A DNA stretch of 64,000 nt, from positions 868,001-932,000 of the forward strand of contig NC_043023.1 in assembly GCF_006345805.1 (NCBI RefSeq), written 5' to 3'. The position numbers and the translations under genes were made by a program. This document shows positions 24,420-37,916 of this stretch, piece after piece. Under the pieces are notes generated by a model that ran no database searches, was not told the DNA's origin, and saw nothing but the letters and a program-made list of their open reading frames with translations. This DNA comes from Octopus sinensis (lineage: Eukaryota). The stretch's first letter is position 1. Each line of letters begins with the position of its first letter.

Positions 24420-24590
24420 CAATAATAATAATGATAATAATAATAATAATGATAATAATAATAATAATGATAATAATAATAATAATGATAATAATAATAA
24501 TAATGATAATAATAATAATAATGATAATAATAATAATAATGATAATAATAATAATAATGATAATAATAATAATAATGACGATGATGATGA
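24420..24590. repeat. (AAT)5GAT 18-bp compound repeat
   Basis: Regular GAT interruption every 18 bp. Confidence 0.95.
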
Positions 24591-24599
24591 AGATTATCA

Positions 24600-24908
24600 C
24601 AAATGACCATGGGATTGCACCTAGAAAGTTACCCTCCCAGGCACAAGTCGGGCAAGGTTGTGTATGGAAGACCAGCAGTCGCCCATGCATACCAGCCCCT
24701 CCTCCCTATGCCACCAGTGTTATCCAAGGGAAAGGCAAAGGGGCTGATACAGTTTGACACATGTGACGTCACAACTCATTTCTACAGCTGAGTGAACTGG
24801 AGCAACGTGAAATAAAGTGTCTTGCTCAAGAATACAACACGCAGTCCAGTCAAAGATTAGAACTCACAAACTCATGTAAGATCAACGCTCCAACCACTGA
24901 GCCATGTG
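24600..24908 (-). mobile_element. tRNA-Arg-like SINE family C
   Basis: Reverse complement of the 52829-53160 element. Confidence 0.85.
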
Positions 24909-24939
24909 TCTTCACAGATGATGATAATAATGTGAGAGT

Positions 24940-25236
24940 GGAATGGCTACTTGACCTGAAGAAGATTCTAACTGGGCCCTCACCTGGAAAGTCATGTGCT
25001 CTATATCTTGATACAACATCACCATGTTGTACTTGTTTCAGTCATTTGACTGTGGCCATGCTGGAGCACCGCCTTTAGTCGAGCAAATCAACCCCGGGAC
25101 TTATTCTTTGTAAGCCTTGTACTTATTCTATCAGTCTCTTTTGCTGAACTGCTAAGTTACGAGAACGTAAACACACCAGCATCGGTTGTCAAGTGGTGTA
25201 GGGGTGGGGTACACATACAAACATATACACACAGGC

Positions 25237-25267
<31 letters not shown>

Positions 25268-25478
25268 GACAGACAGACAGACATAGATAGAGAGAGAGAG
25301 AGAGATATAGACGACAGGCTTCTTTCAGTTTCTGTCTACCAAATCCACTCACAAGGCTTTGGTCGGCCCAAGGCTATAGTAGAAGACACTTGCCCAAGGT
25401 CCCACGCAGTGGGACTGAACCTAGAACAATGTGCTTGGTAAGCAAGCTACTTACCACACAGCCACTCCTGTGCCTATG

Positions 25479-25517
<39 letters not shown>

Positions 25518-25612
25518 TAGTGGCTCTCAAGAGTAGTCATGATGAGTAGATTGGGCTTCGTATATTTTACCCCAGTGTCACTTTGATGGCATGCGCTGCT
25601 CTCTCACTGAAT
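24940..25612. mobile_element. Family D 3' fragment interrupted by a SINE A copy (25033-25475, minus strand)
   Basis: Family D sequence at 24940-25030 resumes at 25517-25610. Confidence 0.7.
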
Positions 25613-26167
25613 AATAATAATAATAATAATAATATCAAAATGTAATTAAATGGTCCCTATGGTGAAAAACATTGAGAAACTCACAGGGAGTAGTTTCAGG
25701 AATATTAAATTTCAAAAAATCTTTATGGCTTAATTCGTTGACTAAATTTAATAGCTTAATTATTTAACCAATTTAAGAATTTCATTCTAAAGATACTCTT
25801 GTAGAGAAGCACGTCTCTTGTGTTCTCTCCTACGTCATATTTACCTGGTTTGGTTTCTTGGTAAATAAATCATGAAGGTTACAACATACAGGTGCAGGGG
25901 TGGCTGTGTGGTAAGAAGTTTGCTTTAATCATGTTGTTCTAGGTTCAGTCCCACTGCATGGCACCTTGGGCAAGTGTCTTCTTCTATAGCCCTGGGCTGA
26001 TGAAAGCCTTGTGACTGAATTTTCTCAACAGAAATTGAAAAAAAATTCCATTTCAGACACACACACAAACAATGGTGAAGGCGTGACTGTGTGGTAAGGC
26101 GCTTGCTTCCCTGACAACCAAAGCCTTGTGAGTGGGTTTTGAAGACGGAAACTGAAAGAAGCCTGTT

Positions 26168-26213
<46 letters not shown>

Positions 26214-26504
26214 ATATACTATATATATATATATATAACGGAAGGTTTTCAAAAAATATACAAAAGACGAAGGTAGGTGGAGTACAAACAAATAATGTAT
26301 TAGTATGGCGCTCAGGAATAGAAATAAAACAAGTGATATATATATATATAGATATATATTTTCAAGGCCAGCATCTTTGAAGGGAGGGAACAGTGATTAC
26401 ATCGACCCCAGTATTTGACTGGTACTTTATTTTATTGACCTTGAAGGGATGAAAGGCAAAGTCAACTTCTGTTGAAATTTGAACTCAGAATGTGAGGGGT
26501 TATC

Positions 26505-26661
26505 AAACAGTTCCTGGATTTGTTCATGTTTAATAAAAAAAAATACCTTATTTACCTGTGTTTCAACATCATCTCCTTTGAAAATAGTCACCTTGCACAG
26601 CAATACACCAGTCCAGGATCCTGCCACTTTTGGAATTTGGCTGGAAGTGTTTTCTGTAAGC
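26505..26661 (-). pseudogene. Mariner transposase C-terminal fragment abutting the gap
   Basis: Translates FQKWQ and then, after a frameshift, DWCIAVQGDYF, matching the mariner C-terminal W..C....GDYFE pattern. Confidence 0.6.
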
Positions 26662-26761
26662 NNNNNNNNNNNNNNNNNNNNNNNNNNNNNNNNNNNNNNN
26701 NNNNNNNNNNNNNNNNNNNNNNNNNNNNNNNNNNNNNNNNNNNNNNNNNNNNNNNNNNNNN
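26662..26761. other. Assembly gap (100 N)
   Basis: Run of n. Confidence 1.
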
Positions 26762-26950
26762 CGCCACCGGCACGGAGGCCAGGCGAGGCTGGCAACGGCC
26801 TCAATCAGTTGATGCTTTTTACGTGCCAGCAAAATGAGGCCAGTCGGAGCGGCGCTGGCAACGGCCACGTTCAGATGGTTCTCTTACGTGCTACCGGCAC
26901 TGGTATCACAGCTGCAATTTCCATTGATGTTGATCGATTTTGATTTCGAA
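26762..26950 (-). mobile_element. RTE 3'-UTR tandem-unit fragment
   Basis: Homologous to 4030-4215. Confidence 0.75.
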
Positions 26951-27289
26951 TAATAATAATAATAATAATCCTTTCTATAATGGACACAAGACCTGAAATG
27001 AGGGGAGCGGGATAGTTGATTACACTGATCCTATTACGCAACTGATACGTAATTTATTTACCCCCAAAAGATGGGGGAGGGGAGAGGTGTTTTTTTTATT
27101 GACCCTGAGAGGATGAGAGGCAAAGCCGACTCGGGCGGAATTTGAACTCAGAATGTAAAGATGGACCAAATGTTGCCATGCATTTTACCTAGAGTGCTAA
27201 TCATTCTGCCAGCTAGCTGCCTTGATGATAATGATGATGAGGAGGTGGAAGGGGAGGAGGAGGAGCTAGCAGAATTGTTACAGAGCCAG

Positions 27290-27584
27290 ACAAAAGGGGC
27301 TGATTGCTACCTAGCACTGATACCAGGAAATCCAAAAATGACAGAAATTCAAAAAATACTCATGGGAACTGCCCATATCCTACATAAAATATTGCCTATG
27401 TAATCACAAATTTTTAAACAAACTCATTATTTTCTGATGTTTTCTTAAACATTCTCTAGAACAATTCTTTGTGCAAAACCAAATATATGACACCCTAGGC
27501 ACAACACCAACTTGAACTTGTTGTCTCTTGAGGTCTCTGGGCGAGACTCGAAGTCAACTTGTACAAATACAAAGCCAAACATAC

Positions 27585-27628
<44 letters not shown>

Positions 27629-27630
27629 TG
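27290..27630 (+). mobile_element. R4/Dong-type non-LTR retrotransposon 3' end
   Basis: IPGNPKMTEIQKILMGTAHILHKIL* matches the RLE C-terminal QK..L.GTA.ILRK.L motif; short 3' UTR, then (AAT)n. Confidence 0.75.
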
Positions 27631-27754
27631 ATGATGATAGTAATAAGGGGCGTTACCTTAGTTCACTGGTAGTGAACAGCTGATACTGTAGTTCATCTCC
27701 AGGGTTAGAAACTGTGCAAATATAATAAAATAATAATAATGAGGAGGGGGAGGA

Positions 27755-28050
27755 GACCCCTTCGGTCATGAATGACCATGGGATTGCACCTAGAAAGTTA
27801 CCTTCTGAGGCACAAGTCCGGGCAAGGTTGTTTATGGAAGACCAACAGTAACCCATGCATACCGGCCTTCCCTCCCCATGCCAACGATGTTATCCAAGGG
27901 AAAGGCAAAGGGCCGATACAGCTTGGCACCTGTGACGTCGCAACTCATTTCTACAGCAGAGTTAATTGGAGCAACGTGAAGTAAAGTGTCTTGCTCAAGA
28001 ACACAACATGCAGCTTGGTCCGGGAATCGAACTCACAACTTCACGATTGT
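27755..28050 (-). mobile_element. SINE family C
   Basis: Reverse complement of the 52829 family. Confidence 0.85.
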
Positions 28051-28249
28051 AAGTGTCTAAGCAAGCGTAACCTTAATAAGAAAACTGAAAGCCTAATCGT
28101 TGCTACTCAGGACCAGGCAGTGAATACCAACTCAGTGAAAAGGGATATATACCACACAAGTGTAACAAAGCCCTGCAGAATGTGTGGGAAGGTCAAAAGT
28201 GTGACTCCTGTTGTTAATGCTCGTGAAAGTCTTGCACAGAAGGAGTAAG

Positions 28250-28295
<46 letters not shown>

Positions 28296-28296
<1 letters not shown>

Positions 28297-28682
28297 GGCG
28301 CAGGAGTGGCTGTGTGGTAAGTAGCTTGCTAACCAAACACATGGTTCCGGGTTCAGTCTCACTGTGTGGCATCTTGGGCAAGTGTCTTCTACTATAGCCC
28401 CGGGCCGACCAATGCCTTGTGAGTGGATTTGGTAGACGGAAACTGAAAGAAGCCTGTCGTATATATGTATATATATATATGTGTGTGTGTGTGTGTTTGT
28501 GTGTCTGTGTTTGTCCCCCTAGCATTGCTGGTGTGTTTACGTCCCTGTCACTTAGAGACCGATAGAATAAGTACTCGGCTTACAAAGAATAAGTCCCGGG
28601 GTCGATTTGCTCGACTAAAGGCGGTGCTCCAGCATGGCCGCAGTCAAATGACTGAAACAAGTAAAAGAGTAAAAGAGTAAAA
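28296..28682 (+). mobile_element. SINE A, young copy nested in the Dong-like LINE
   Basis: Head GGCGCAGGAGTGGCTGTGTGG; tail AAAAGAGTAAAAGAGTAAAAG. Confidence 0.9.
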
Positions 28683-28689
28683 GATATAT

Positions 28690-29208
28690 ATCATCATCAT
28701 CATCATCGTCGTTTAACGTCCGTTCTCCATGCTAGCATGGGTTGGACGGTTCGACCGGGGTTCTGGGAAGCCAGAAGGCTGCACCAGGCTCCAGTCTATT
28801 TGGCAATGTTTCTACAGCTGGATGCCCTTCCTAACGCCAACCACTCCGTGAGTGTAGTGGGTGCTTTTTACGTGCCACCTGCACAGGTGCCAGGCGGGGC
28901 TGGCAACGGCACGGTCAGATTGGTGTATTTTATGTGCCACCGGCACGGAAGCCAGTCGAGGCGGTGCTGACATCGGCCACAAGTCGGATAGTGCTTTTTA
29001 CGTACCACCAGACCAGGGATCCTGGCTGGTTCAATTCGATTTCGATTTCGCTTGCCCCAACATGTCTCACAAGCAAAGGGGGTTGGCAAGGGTGCCTGTC
29101 GTACGGTCGCATTGGATATTTTACGTGCCACGGCCACGAGTCGGATAGTGCTTTTTACGTACCACCAGACCAGGGATCCTGGCTGGTTCAATTCGATTTC
29201 GATTTGAA
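28690..29208 (-). mobile_element. RTE 3' UTR with an internal ~60-bp duplication
   Basis: (CAT)n tail; GAGTCGGATAGTGCTTTTTACGTACCACCAGACCAGGGATCCTGGCTGG occurs near 28980 and 29138. Confidence 0.85.
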
Positions 29209-29248
<40 letters not shown>

Positions 29249-29784
29249 TATATATATATGATGATAGGTGGTAAAGGGCGTTGGTAAAAACAACACCAAA
29301 AAGGTAACGGAGGAAAATGGGAAGGCAAAGATCCTTTCGGACTTTGATTTCCAGGTAGACAAGGTGTTAGGGCGCCAAAGGATGGATACAGTAACCTTTA
29401 GGAGAGACAAATAAGAGTGCTTAATAATTGATGTGGAAGTGCCAGAAGATCAACGAATTATCATGAAAGAAAGACGATGATAGATATGGAGAACTGAGAA
29501 TTGAGATTGCCAAGATGTGGCAGCAACGAGAGTCAAAAAATAAAATTTGTCATTGGAATATTGGGTTCTATACCATCGAACATGAAGAAACATCTGGGAA
29601 CTTTAGAAGTACCCTATAATCTAGATGTATTGCAAAAGAGTCGGCATTACTTGGAACTTCACGAATATTGTGTAAAGTACTGTCTGTCTGAGGTCTTTGT
29701 TGTGACTTGAAAAACAGTACAAACCACCAGAAGACACAATATTTTTAATCAACATCACAATATTTGATACTGTGTTACGTCATA

Positions 29785-29819
<35 letters not shown>

Positions 29820-29821
<2 letters not shown>

Positions 29822-30285
29822 GTCTTGGTATAAAAGATGAGCTACAGCAAATATTCTGCTCAGTATCACAGATTTTCTTGTCAGTTGTTTGACCTTAACC
29901 TTGGAGGCTGATGATATGTGCATCTCTGATCATGAGCAGAAGTAGTGGGGGAGCATCATGTCCATGTGTTGAGAGGGATTCTTTGGGGTTTGAATAATTC
30001 ACCTCTGGAAACATGGGTGTTTCGTTCAACATCCTTAAACAATCCTTATTCGGGGACCTTTGAGCGGGATGGTTACTCGACCAGAAGAGAAAAATCTAAT
30101 TGGGTCCCACCTGCAAGGTCAGTGCTGGTTATATCTGATATGAGATCACCATGTTGTGCACATATGGTTGTGATGCATGTGCCTGGTTTGCCCTTATCAG
30201 ACGGGTAGTCATGATGGGTATATTGGGCTTCGTATATTTTACCCCAGTGTCACTTTGATGGCATGCACTGCTCTCTCACTCAATA
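29820..30285 (+). mobile_element. Family D copy, 5'-truncated
   Basis: Homologous to 23363-23891; lies in the (AAT)n tail of the Dong-like LINE. Confidence 0.85.
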
Positions 30286-30287
30286 TC

Positions 30288-30334
<47 letters not shown>

Positions 30335-30913
30335 TAATAATGACAATGATGATTGTACAATCAGCAGCATCATCATTTAACGTCCATTGTCCATGCTGGT
30401 ATGGGTTGGACGGTTTGACTGGGCTGGCATATTGGAAGGCTGCACCAGGCTCTAGTCTGATTTGGCATGGTTTTCTATGGTTGGATGCCCTTTGTAATGC
30501 ACTCCCATTAGACTCTCAAAGTGTAATGGGAGCTTTTATGTGCCACCAGCACAGGTGCCATTTGCGTGACACTGGTATCTGCCACAACTGTGATTTTACT
30601 CAGCTTGATGGGTCTTCTTCTCAAGCACGACATATTGCCAAAGGTCTTGGCCATTGCCTCTGTGAGGCACAACATTCCAAAGGAACTCAGCCACTGTGCC
30701 TCCACGGGGCCCAGCGCTTGAAAGAAACAAATATAAGTAATAATAATAATAATAATATTGATATTTTAGTCATAATGGTTTCAAATTTTGGCGCAAGTCA
30801 GCCTTGACAGAATTTGAACTCAGGATGTAAAGACAGACAAAATACTGCTTAGCATTTCACCTGGCATTCTAACTATTCTGCCACCTCACCACCTTAATAA
30901 TAATAATAATAAT

Positions 30914-31445
30914 TGAGTGAGAGAGCAGTGCATGCCATCAAAGTGACACTGGGGTAAGATATACAAAGCCCAGTATACCCATCATGACTACCCGTCTGAT
31001 AAGGGTACACCAGGCACATGCATCACAACCATATGTGCGAGACATGGTGATCTTATATCAAGATAAACAGTGCATGACCTTGCAGGTGGAGCCTAGTTAG
31101 AATTTTCTTCTGGTTGAGTAACCCATCCTGCTCAAAAGGCCCCTGAATAAGGATTGATTAAGGATGTTGAACAAACCACCTACGTTTCCAAAGGTGAATT
31201 ATTCAAACCACTAAGAATTCCTCTCTACACACGGCTATGATGCTCCCCCACTACTTCTGTACATATTGTCAGCCACTAAGGGACATAATCAACTGGTTCA
31301 GGTCAAACAACTGACAAGCAAATCTGTGGTATTGAACAGAATATTTGCTGTAGCCCATCTTTTATACAAAGATAAAACAATGTACATGATAACACTTCCA
31401 ATCAGTAAGATCAGACCATGACAACCAGTGCCTGGTACTGCTTCT
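30914..31445 (-). mobile_element. Family D copy in reverse orientation
   Basis: Begins TGAGTGAGAGAGCAGTGCATGCCATCAAAGTGACACTGGGG, the reverse complement of the family D 3' end. Confidence 0.85.
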
Positions 31446-31769
31446 GCTTGTGATCAGAGATGCATATATTGTCAGCCAATAATTCTTAGTGGCATTTCAT
31501 CTGTCCATGTTCTGGGTTCACATTCCAGCAAGGTTGATTTTGCCTTGCATCCTTTCAGTGTCAAGAAAATAAGTACTGGTTGCATACTGGGGTCAATGTA
31601 ATCGATTTACTTCTTCCTCTGATTTTCTGGCCTTGAGCCAAAATTTGAAGCCATTATTATCATCAACATCATTATCATTATTCATTTAACATCCGTTTTC
31701 CATGCTGGTATGGGTTGGATGGTTTCACAAGAGCTGGAAAATCAGAAGACTGCACCATGCTCTGTATGA

Positions 31770-31812
<43 letters not shown>

Positions 31813-31851
31813 CATCATCATCATAATCATCATCATCATCATTCTTTTATT

Positions 31852-32255
31852 CCTTCACTTGTTTCTGTCATTAATGATTGTACATGGCCATGCTGGAGCA
31901 CCACCTTGAAAGGTTTACAGTTGAACGAATCAACTCTAGAACTTATTTCTTTTTGAAGCCTGGTACTTATTCTATCGGTCCTTTTTGCCAAACCGTTAAG
32001 TTACAGGGACATAATCACACCAACACAGGTCGTCAAGTAGTGATGGGGACAAACACAAACACAGACACAAAGACACACACACACATATAAATATATATGA
32101 CAGGCTTCTTTCAGTTTCCATCTACCAGATCCACTCCCAAGGCTTTGGTCAGACCAAGGCTATAGTAGAAGAGATGTGCTCAAGTTTCCACACAGTGGCA
32201 CTGAACCTGGAACCATGTGGTTGAGAAGCAAGCTTCTTACCACACAGCCATGCCT
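31852..32255 (-). mobile_element. SINE family A, diverged
   Basis: Body, microsatellite and head. Confidence 0.8.
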
Positions 32256-32704
32256 GTATCATTATTATCATTATTATTATTATTATTATTATCATTATTA
32301 TTATTATTACTGTCTCTGTTATGAATCTCATCACAAAGACGACAATTACGTGGAACTCGGCTGCAAGATGAAGAGGACATTTGCCCTTGGCAGTAAGGGT
32401 GATCCAGGGATCTGTAGAGGCGGGGGGCAGGGAAGGTAGATTTCCTTGATTGGCCCCCAGGTAGCTTTCCTGCCCCCTTCATTTTCGGGACGTTTTATTT
32501 GATTTAGCTTTTCATCCTTGTTTCTATTTTTCTTCTTAATTTTTCTTTCCGAACATGTCCTTTCGCACAATTTTATGTAAATTTACTCCAACGATTATCA
32601 TTTTTTTGCCAGTTTTTCTTTTTTTTTTTGGTGGTGGGCAGGGAATGGGGATAGTTTTTCTAATCTCTCTTCATCCATCACCCTCTTGGTGAATATAAAA
32701 AAAA

Positions 32705-32715
32705 ACATATTATTA

Positions 32716-32788
<73 letters not shown>

Positions 32789-32844
32789 CATTATTATTAT
32801 TATTATTATTATTATCATTATTATTATTATTATCATCATCATCA

Positions 32845-32902
<58 letters not shown>

Positions 32903-33200
32903 GTTGTTTTGTAGTTGTTTTTGTGTGTGACAGTAGATGCTGAAAATGAAGATGACTGTCATCACCATCATCGTTGTCATCATCCTCATCATCATCATCA
33001 TCGTCATCATCACCATTATTTTTTCCATCATGGATTCGTATGTAACCCGCCTCTGCTGCACAAATATAATTTGTCTTTGTGAATGTCTCGATCATCCAAT
33101 GCCCCTGCGGCAAATGAACAAAATTTCCATTTTTATTACTGCTATTATTATCATCCTCGTTATTATTATTATTATTATTATTATTGTTATTATTATTAAG
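32705..33200. repeat. (ATT)n/(CAT)n microsatellites with short unique inserts
   Basis: Direct inspection. Confidence 0.9.
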
Positions 33201-33415
33201 GTATTGAGCTGGCAGAATCATTATCATGTTAAGCAAAATGTTTAGCGGTATTTCATCCATCTTTACATTCTGAGTTCAAATTCAGCCAGGGTTGACTTGG
33301 ACTGTTATCCCTTTGGGATCAATAAAATAAGTACCAGCCAAGCACTGGGGTCAATGCAATTCACTTGTCCCTTCTCCTGAAATTTCAGGCCTTGTGCCTA
33401 TAGTAGAAAGGATTA
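33196..33415 (+). mobile_element. MetaSINE-type SINE (family B)
   Basis: Head GAGCTGGCAGAATC after (ATT)n, B-box, then GATCAATAAAATAAGTACCAG. Confidence 0.75.
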
Positions 33416-33433
33416 TTGAAAAAAGAAATAATA

Positions 33434-33465
<32 letters not shown>

Positions 33466-33482
33466 AATAGTAATAATAATAA

Positions 33483-34040
33483 TGCCCTGATGCAGTACCG
33501 GGCAGTGGCTCTCATGGCTTCTGATCTTAACTGATTGGAAGTGTTATCATGTACATTGTTTTGTCTTGGTATAAAAGATGGGCTACAGCAAATATTCTGC
33601 TCAATACCACAGATTTGCTTGTCAGTTGTTTGACCTTAACCAGTTGAGCATGTCCCTTAGTGGCTGACGATATGTGCATCTCTGATCACGAGCAGAAGTA
33701 GTGGGGGAGCATCATAGCCATGTGTTTAGAGGGATTCTTGGAGGTTTGGATAATTCACCTTTGGAAACATAGGTGGTTTGTTCAACATCCTTAATCAATC
33801 CTTATTCAGGGACCTTTTGAGCAGGATGGGTTACTCGACCAGAAGAAAATTCTAACTGGGCCCCACCTGCAAGGTCATGCGCTGTTTATCTTGATATGAG
33901 ATCACCATGGCATGCACATATGGTTGTGATGCATGTGCCTGGTGTACCCTTATCAGACGGGTAGTCATGACGGGTATACTGGGCTTCGTATATTTTACCC
34001 CAGTGTCACTTTGATAGCATGCACTGCTCTCTCACTCAAT
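33483..34040 (+). mobile_element. Family D full-length copy
   Basis: Same 5' and 3' ends as the 23363 copy, with (AAT)n on both sides. Confidence 0.9.
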
Positions 34041-34237
34041 AATAATGATAATAATAATAATAATAAAAATTCTTTCTACTTACCATACAGCCACTCCTGT
34101 GCCTATATATTTGTATATATACATAATGAATTTATATCAAAACTGCAGATGACATCAGATAGCCGAAACAGTGGAAGTGCTTTAACTGGTTTACTACAAA
34201 ACGTATACCCAAAGTCCAAATAATTAATTACATGCAT

Positions 34238-34286
<49 letters not shown>

Positions 34287-34564
34287 TGGGTTTCTTTCAG
34301 TTTCCACCTACAAAATCCATTCACAAGGTTTTAGTTTATCAAGGGCCAGAGTAGAATACACTTGCTGAAGGTGTCATGCAGTGGGACTGAACCTGAAACC
34401 ATGTGGTTACCAAACAAGTGTCTTAAACTCAGGGCCATACCTCCATGTGCATCGCTGAACTGGTGGAGTGTTTTGAGCATCTGGTGACCTTCCAGCTGCA
34501 GGGTTTCAGTCCCAATTCTAGCTTTTGAGCGTTATTTCCCTCCATGGGAAAGAGAACATAGTCT

Positions 34565-35220
34565 CTACAACTACCACCACCATCACCACTAGCACACCAC
34601 CTCCACCACCACCACTACTATTGCCATCACCACCACTACAATTACTACTACGACTACTAATACTACCACCACTACTATTGCCATCACCACCACTACAATT
34701 ACTACTACGACTACTAATACTACCACCACTACTATTGCCATCACCACCACTACAATTACTACTACGACTACTAATACTACCACCACTACTATTGCCATCA
34801 CCACCACTACAATTACTACTACAACTACTAATACTACCACCACCATCACCACTACTATTACTACTACAACTACTAATACTACCACCACTACCACTACTAT
34901 TACTACTACAACTACTAATACTACTACCACCACCACCACCACCACTACTATTGCCATCACCACCACTACAATTACTACTACGACTACTAATACTACCACC
35001 ACTACTATTACTACTACAAGTACCACTACAACCTCTACTAGTACTACAACAGTTACTACCTTAAGTATTACTAATACCACCACTATGAAAAAATTTGTCA
35101 CCACCGCGATAACCACCATAACCACCACCACCGCAACCATCACTACTTCCACTGTCACAACCACAACCCCTCCACCACCCTCATCACCACCCACTACCAC
35201 CACCCAGCCACCACCCTAAC
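34565..35220. repeat. (ACT/ACC) tract with a 57-bp unit
   Basis: TTGCCATC at 34621, 34678, 34735 and 34792. Confidence 0.9.
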
Positions 35221-35504
35221 CAACAAATGACTGTGGTAGCGGTGAGAGTATAAAATGTTCCGGTTGACATAGTCGATAATTAAATTATATGGAACTGGGG
35301 GAGACATTTAAACAAGGATGCACTCCCTCTGCCACCGACTGACACTAGCGTTCCCCTTCCTCTAAATATGGCTAGTTGGTGGTAATAGGGCTTAATGCAA
35401 TTGCGGTGGTGGTCGTGGGAGGAAGTGGTTAGTTAATATAGTTGGTGAAGTGGGAAGGGTGAGAGCTGGGTGAGTGGGAGGGATATGGCATGGAGGGGGA
35501 GGAT

Positions 35505-35564
35505 GGATGGATGGATGGATGGATGGATGGATAGATAAATAGATAGTCAGACAGACAGACGGAG

Positions 35565-35611
<47 letters not shown>

Positions 35612-35755
35612 AAGATGTAGTCAGATAGATAGATAGATAAATAGACTGAGAGATAGATAGATAGGTGGATACATAGGTAGGTAGGTAGGTAGATAGATAG
35701 ATAGATAATGAGAGAGAGAGAGAGAGAGTGAGATATATATATATATATATATATA
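35505..35755. repeat. (GGAT)n/(AGAT)n/(AG)n/(AT)n microsatellites
   Basis: Direct inspection. Confidence 0.95.
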
Positions 35756-36859
35756 AAAGCTGGAGTTAATATAATTGGAAAGAGGGAAAGTTATTTAAAG
35801 AGTGAGCTTAATATATTCAGTGAGAAAGTGAGGGTATGAGTTTACTACAGTGATTATGAAAGGTGTTGTGGTGGTGGTGGTGGTGGTGCTTGTGGTGGAG
35901 ATTAACAGTATGTGGGAGGGAAGAGAGACAAACGGGGAAAGAAAGGAAGATAGAGGGAGAGAATGAGAGAGAATGTGTGTATCTAGAAAGAGAGAGAGAG
36001 AAAAGGAGTGAAAGGGTAAGTCTAATACAGGAAGAGAATGTAGTGGGGAAGTTTGGGAGAAATATGTCAAGATTAAATAAAGCTTTTCTATGCTAAAACC
36101 AAACTAATAACAAATTAAAGTGCATAGAACAAACTGTGCGTACATACGTCTACAGCAACTCTATCTAGATTACAAGTTCAGGATTATACCTGTAATTATT
36201 GGGACACTGAGATATGTAACACACTGTCCTAAATACCAATCTTGAGAAATTAGGTTTCTCAAAACCAGAAAGAAGTAAGCTGATTCAAAAGCTACATATC
36301 CAATCCATCACTGGAACTGTAAGAATCTGTGAAACTTTCCAGGAGTTTCTCATTTGAGTATATATGAGCATGTATAGATGTTTAGATATATGTGCATGTT
36401 TAGATATGCTTGAGAATACATACATACAACAAAACATACAAATCTGCACATATACATATATACATACAAAAATACCCTGTTTATATTGTTGAAATTTCAA
36501 TGAAGGAACCTTGGATCAAGGTTAGAAACCAGCTCTTTCTTTAAAGGCAAAATAATCTTGAAATAAAACTGAATAATGGCATACAAAATTCAAGAGATCA
36601 TTGGAACTGTAAAACTCTGTAAAACTTTCCAGAAGTTTATTGTTTAAATATATATGAGCATGTCTAGATGTGCAAGTATATGCATGAGAGGACATACATA
36701 AAACAAAACATACAAATCTGCACATACATACATACAAACAAAAATGAAGGAGCCTTGGATCTAGATTAGAAACTGGCTCTTTCTCCATGGGCAAGAAATC
36801 TTGAAATAAACTAAATAATGACATACATACATACTTATCAGAACAACAGAGGAAAAAAT

Positions 36860-37490
36860 TAACCAGTTCACTGAGAAGATAATACATGGGGACTTGGCAT
36901 GTACAACAAAAACCAAAGAAGGGATTGAACTTGTCAACAGCTTGGCATGGGGTACCGACAAGTTTGTGACATCCTTCTTTGAAGGCTAGATCCATGCAAT
37001 CCAAGAACAAGAGAACACCACCACCACCACCAAGTATCTACAACATAAGAGGCAGAAAATGTTGTCAGACAACAAATATAGGCTGTGTAAGACCAAGACT
37101 AAAGACATCAACGGTATTATTACCATTTGCAAGAGAATGTCTTCCTGATATTATCTTCTCAAGAGGGAGGATGTAGTGGCCAGAACAGTCTGGAAAAGGA
37201 TAACACAAAAAAAAAAGAGAATACCTCTTACAAATGAAGTTGTTCATATTGAGACCAATGGGTCAAAAGAATATTGGTGGAACTTGAAAATTAAATCAGC
37301 CACCATGATAAAAGACAACTGGCCAGATATTGTTATGTGAGACCACAAAAGAAAAGATATGCTCTGTTGTGGAAATCAGTTGCCCTCTGGACACAAATGT
37401 GGTTAGGAAAATACAAGAGAAAAGGACATCTATGAACCATTGGTAAGGAGTTTGCAAATCCAGTAACAAAGATAAACTTTCAGCCTCATA
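36860..37490 (+). pseudogene. Degraded R4/Dong-type LINE zinc-knuckle and RLE region
   Basis: Manual translation gives EG*IHAIQEQE...KYLQHKR...DNKYRLCK...ICKRMSS*YYLLKREDVVA...KEYWWNLKIK...WPDIVM*D and, frameshifted, ICSVVEISCPLD. Confidence 0.75.
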
Positions 37491-37505
37491 CCTATTTTCC
37501 CTGAT

Positions 37506-37916
37506 TTCGAAAATAGAAATAATACATTTCTAAATCTCTCACAGAGATTTATACAGTAGTGATTATTATCAGTGAATGTATTTCACTTGAATTATTATAT
37601 GTTTACAGAGGCAGATAGACACTGACAGCTAGCAAGCCATGCAACTCCAGACTGATGATGAGCAATAACTCAGAAACTAGTCTCTGGGTGCTAGCTTTGC
37701 TGGGTGGAGTTGCTTATCTCCCCCTTTGTAAACATAAGAACATAGGAAGTGTGTCAAGGCCAACAGGAAGCAGTGCTTCCTAGGGCTAAATAGCAGTAAT
37801 ATTATTCCCTTTCATGGGACTGTCACATTAAGTTGGCAACATACCACCACTTTATAGTGTTACTACTGTATAAATCTCTCTGAGAGATTTAGACATGTAT
37901 TATTTCTATTTTTGAA
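37506..37916. mobile_element. MITE with ~55-bp TIRs, internally deleted relative of the 17911 element
   Basis: 37506-37560 is the reverse complement of 37862-37916; the interior aligns by eye with 18170-18459. Confidence 0.85.

Larger units (their letters stand above)
28052..29815 (+). pseudogene. R4/Dong-type LINE C-terminal region (zinc-knuckle remnant and restriction-like endonuclease) split by nested insertions
   Basis: 28052-28248 gives KTESLIVATQDQAVNT...CRMCG...LAQKE. 29270-29690 gives KVTEENGKAKILSDFDFQVDK...RMD...CLIIDVEVPED, RYGELRIEIAKMW, VIGILGSIP, LQKS/ALLGTSRILCKVL*, with stops and frameshifts; (AAT)n tail. Confidence 0.85.

Noticed and set aside
32400-32490. GC-rich stretch resembling a DNA-transposon terminus
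   Set aside because: No partner TIR or second copy found in the window.
32950-33130. Possible minus-strand exon (GALDDRDIHKDKLYLCSRG) after TTTGCCGCAG
   Set aside because: No convincing donor and no recognisable homology; too short to distinguish from chance.
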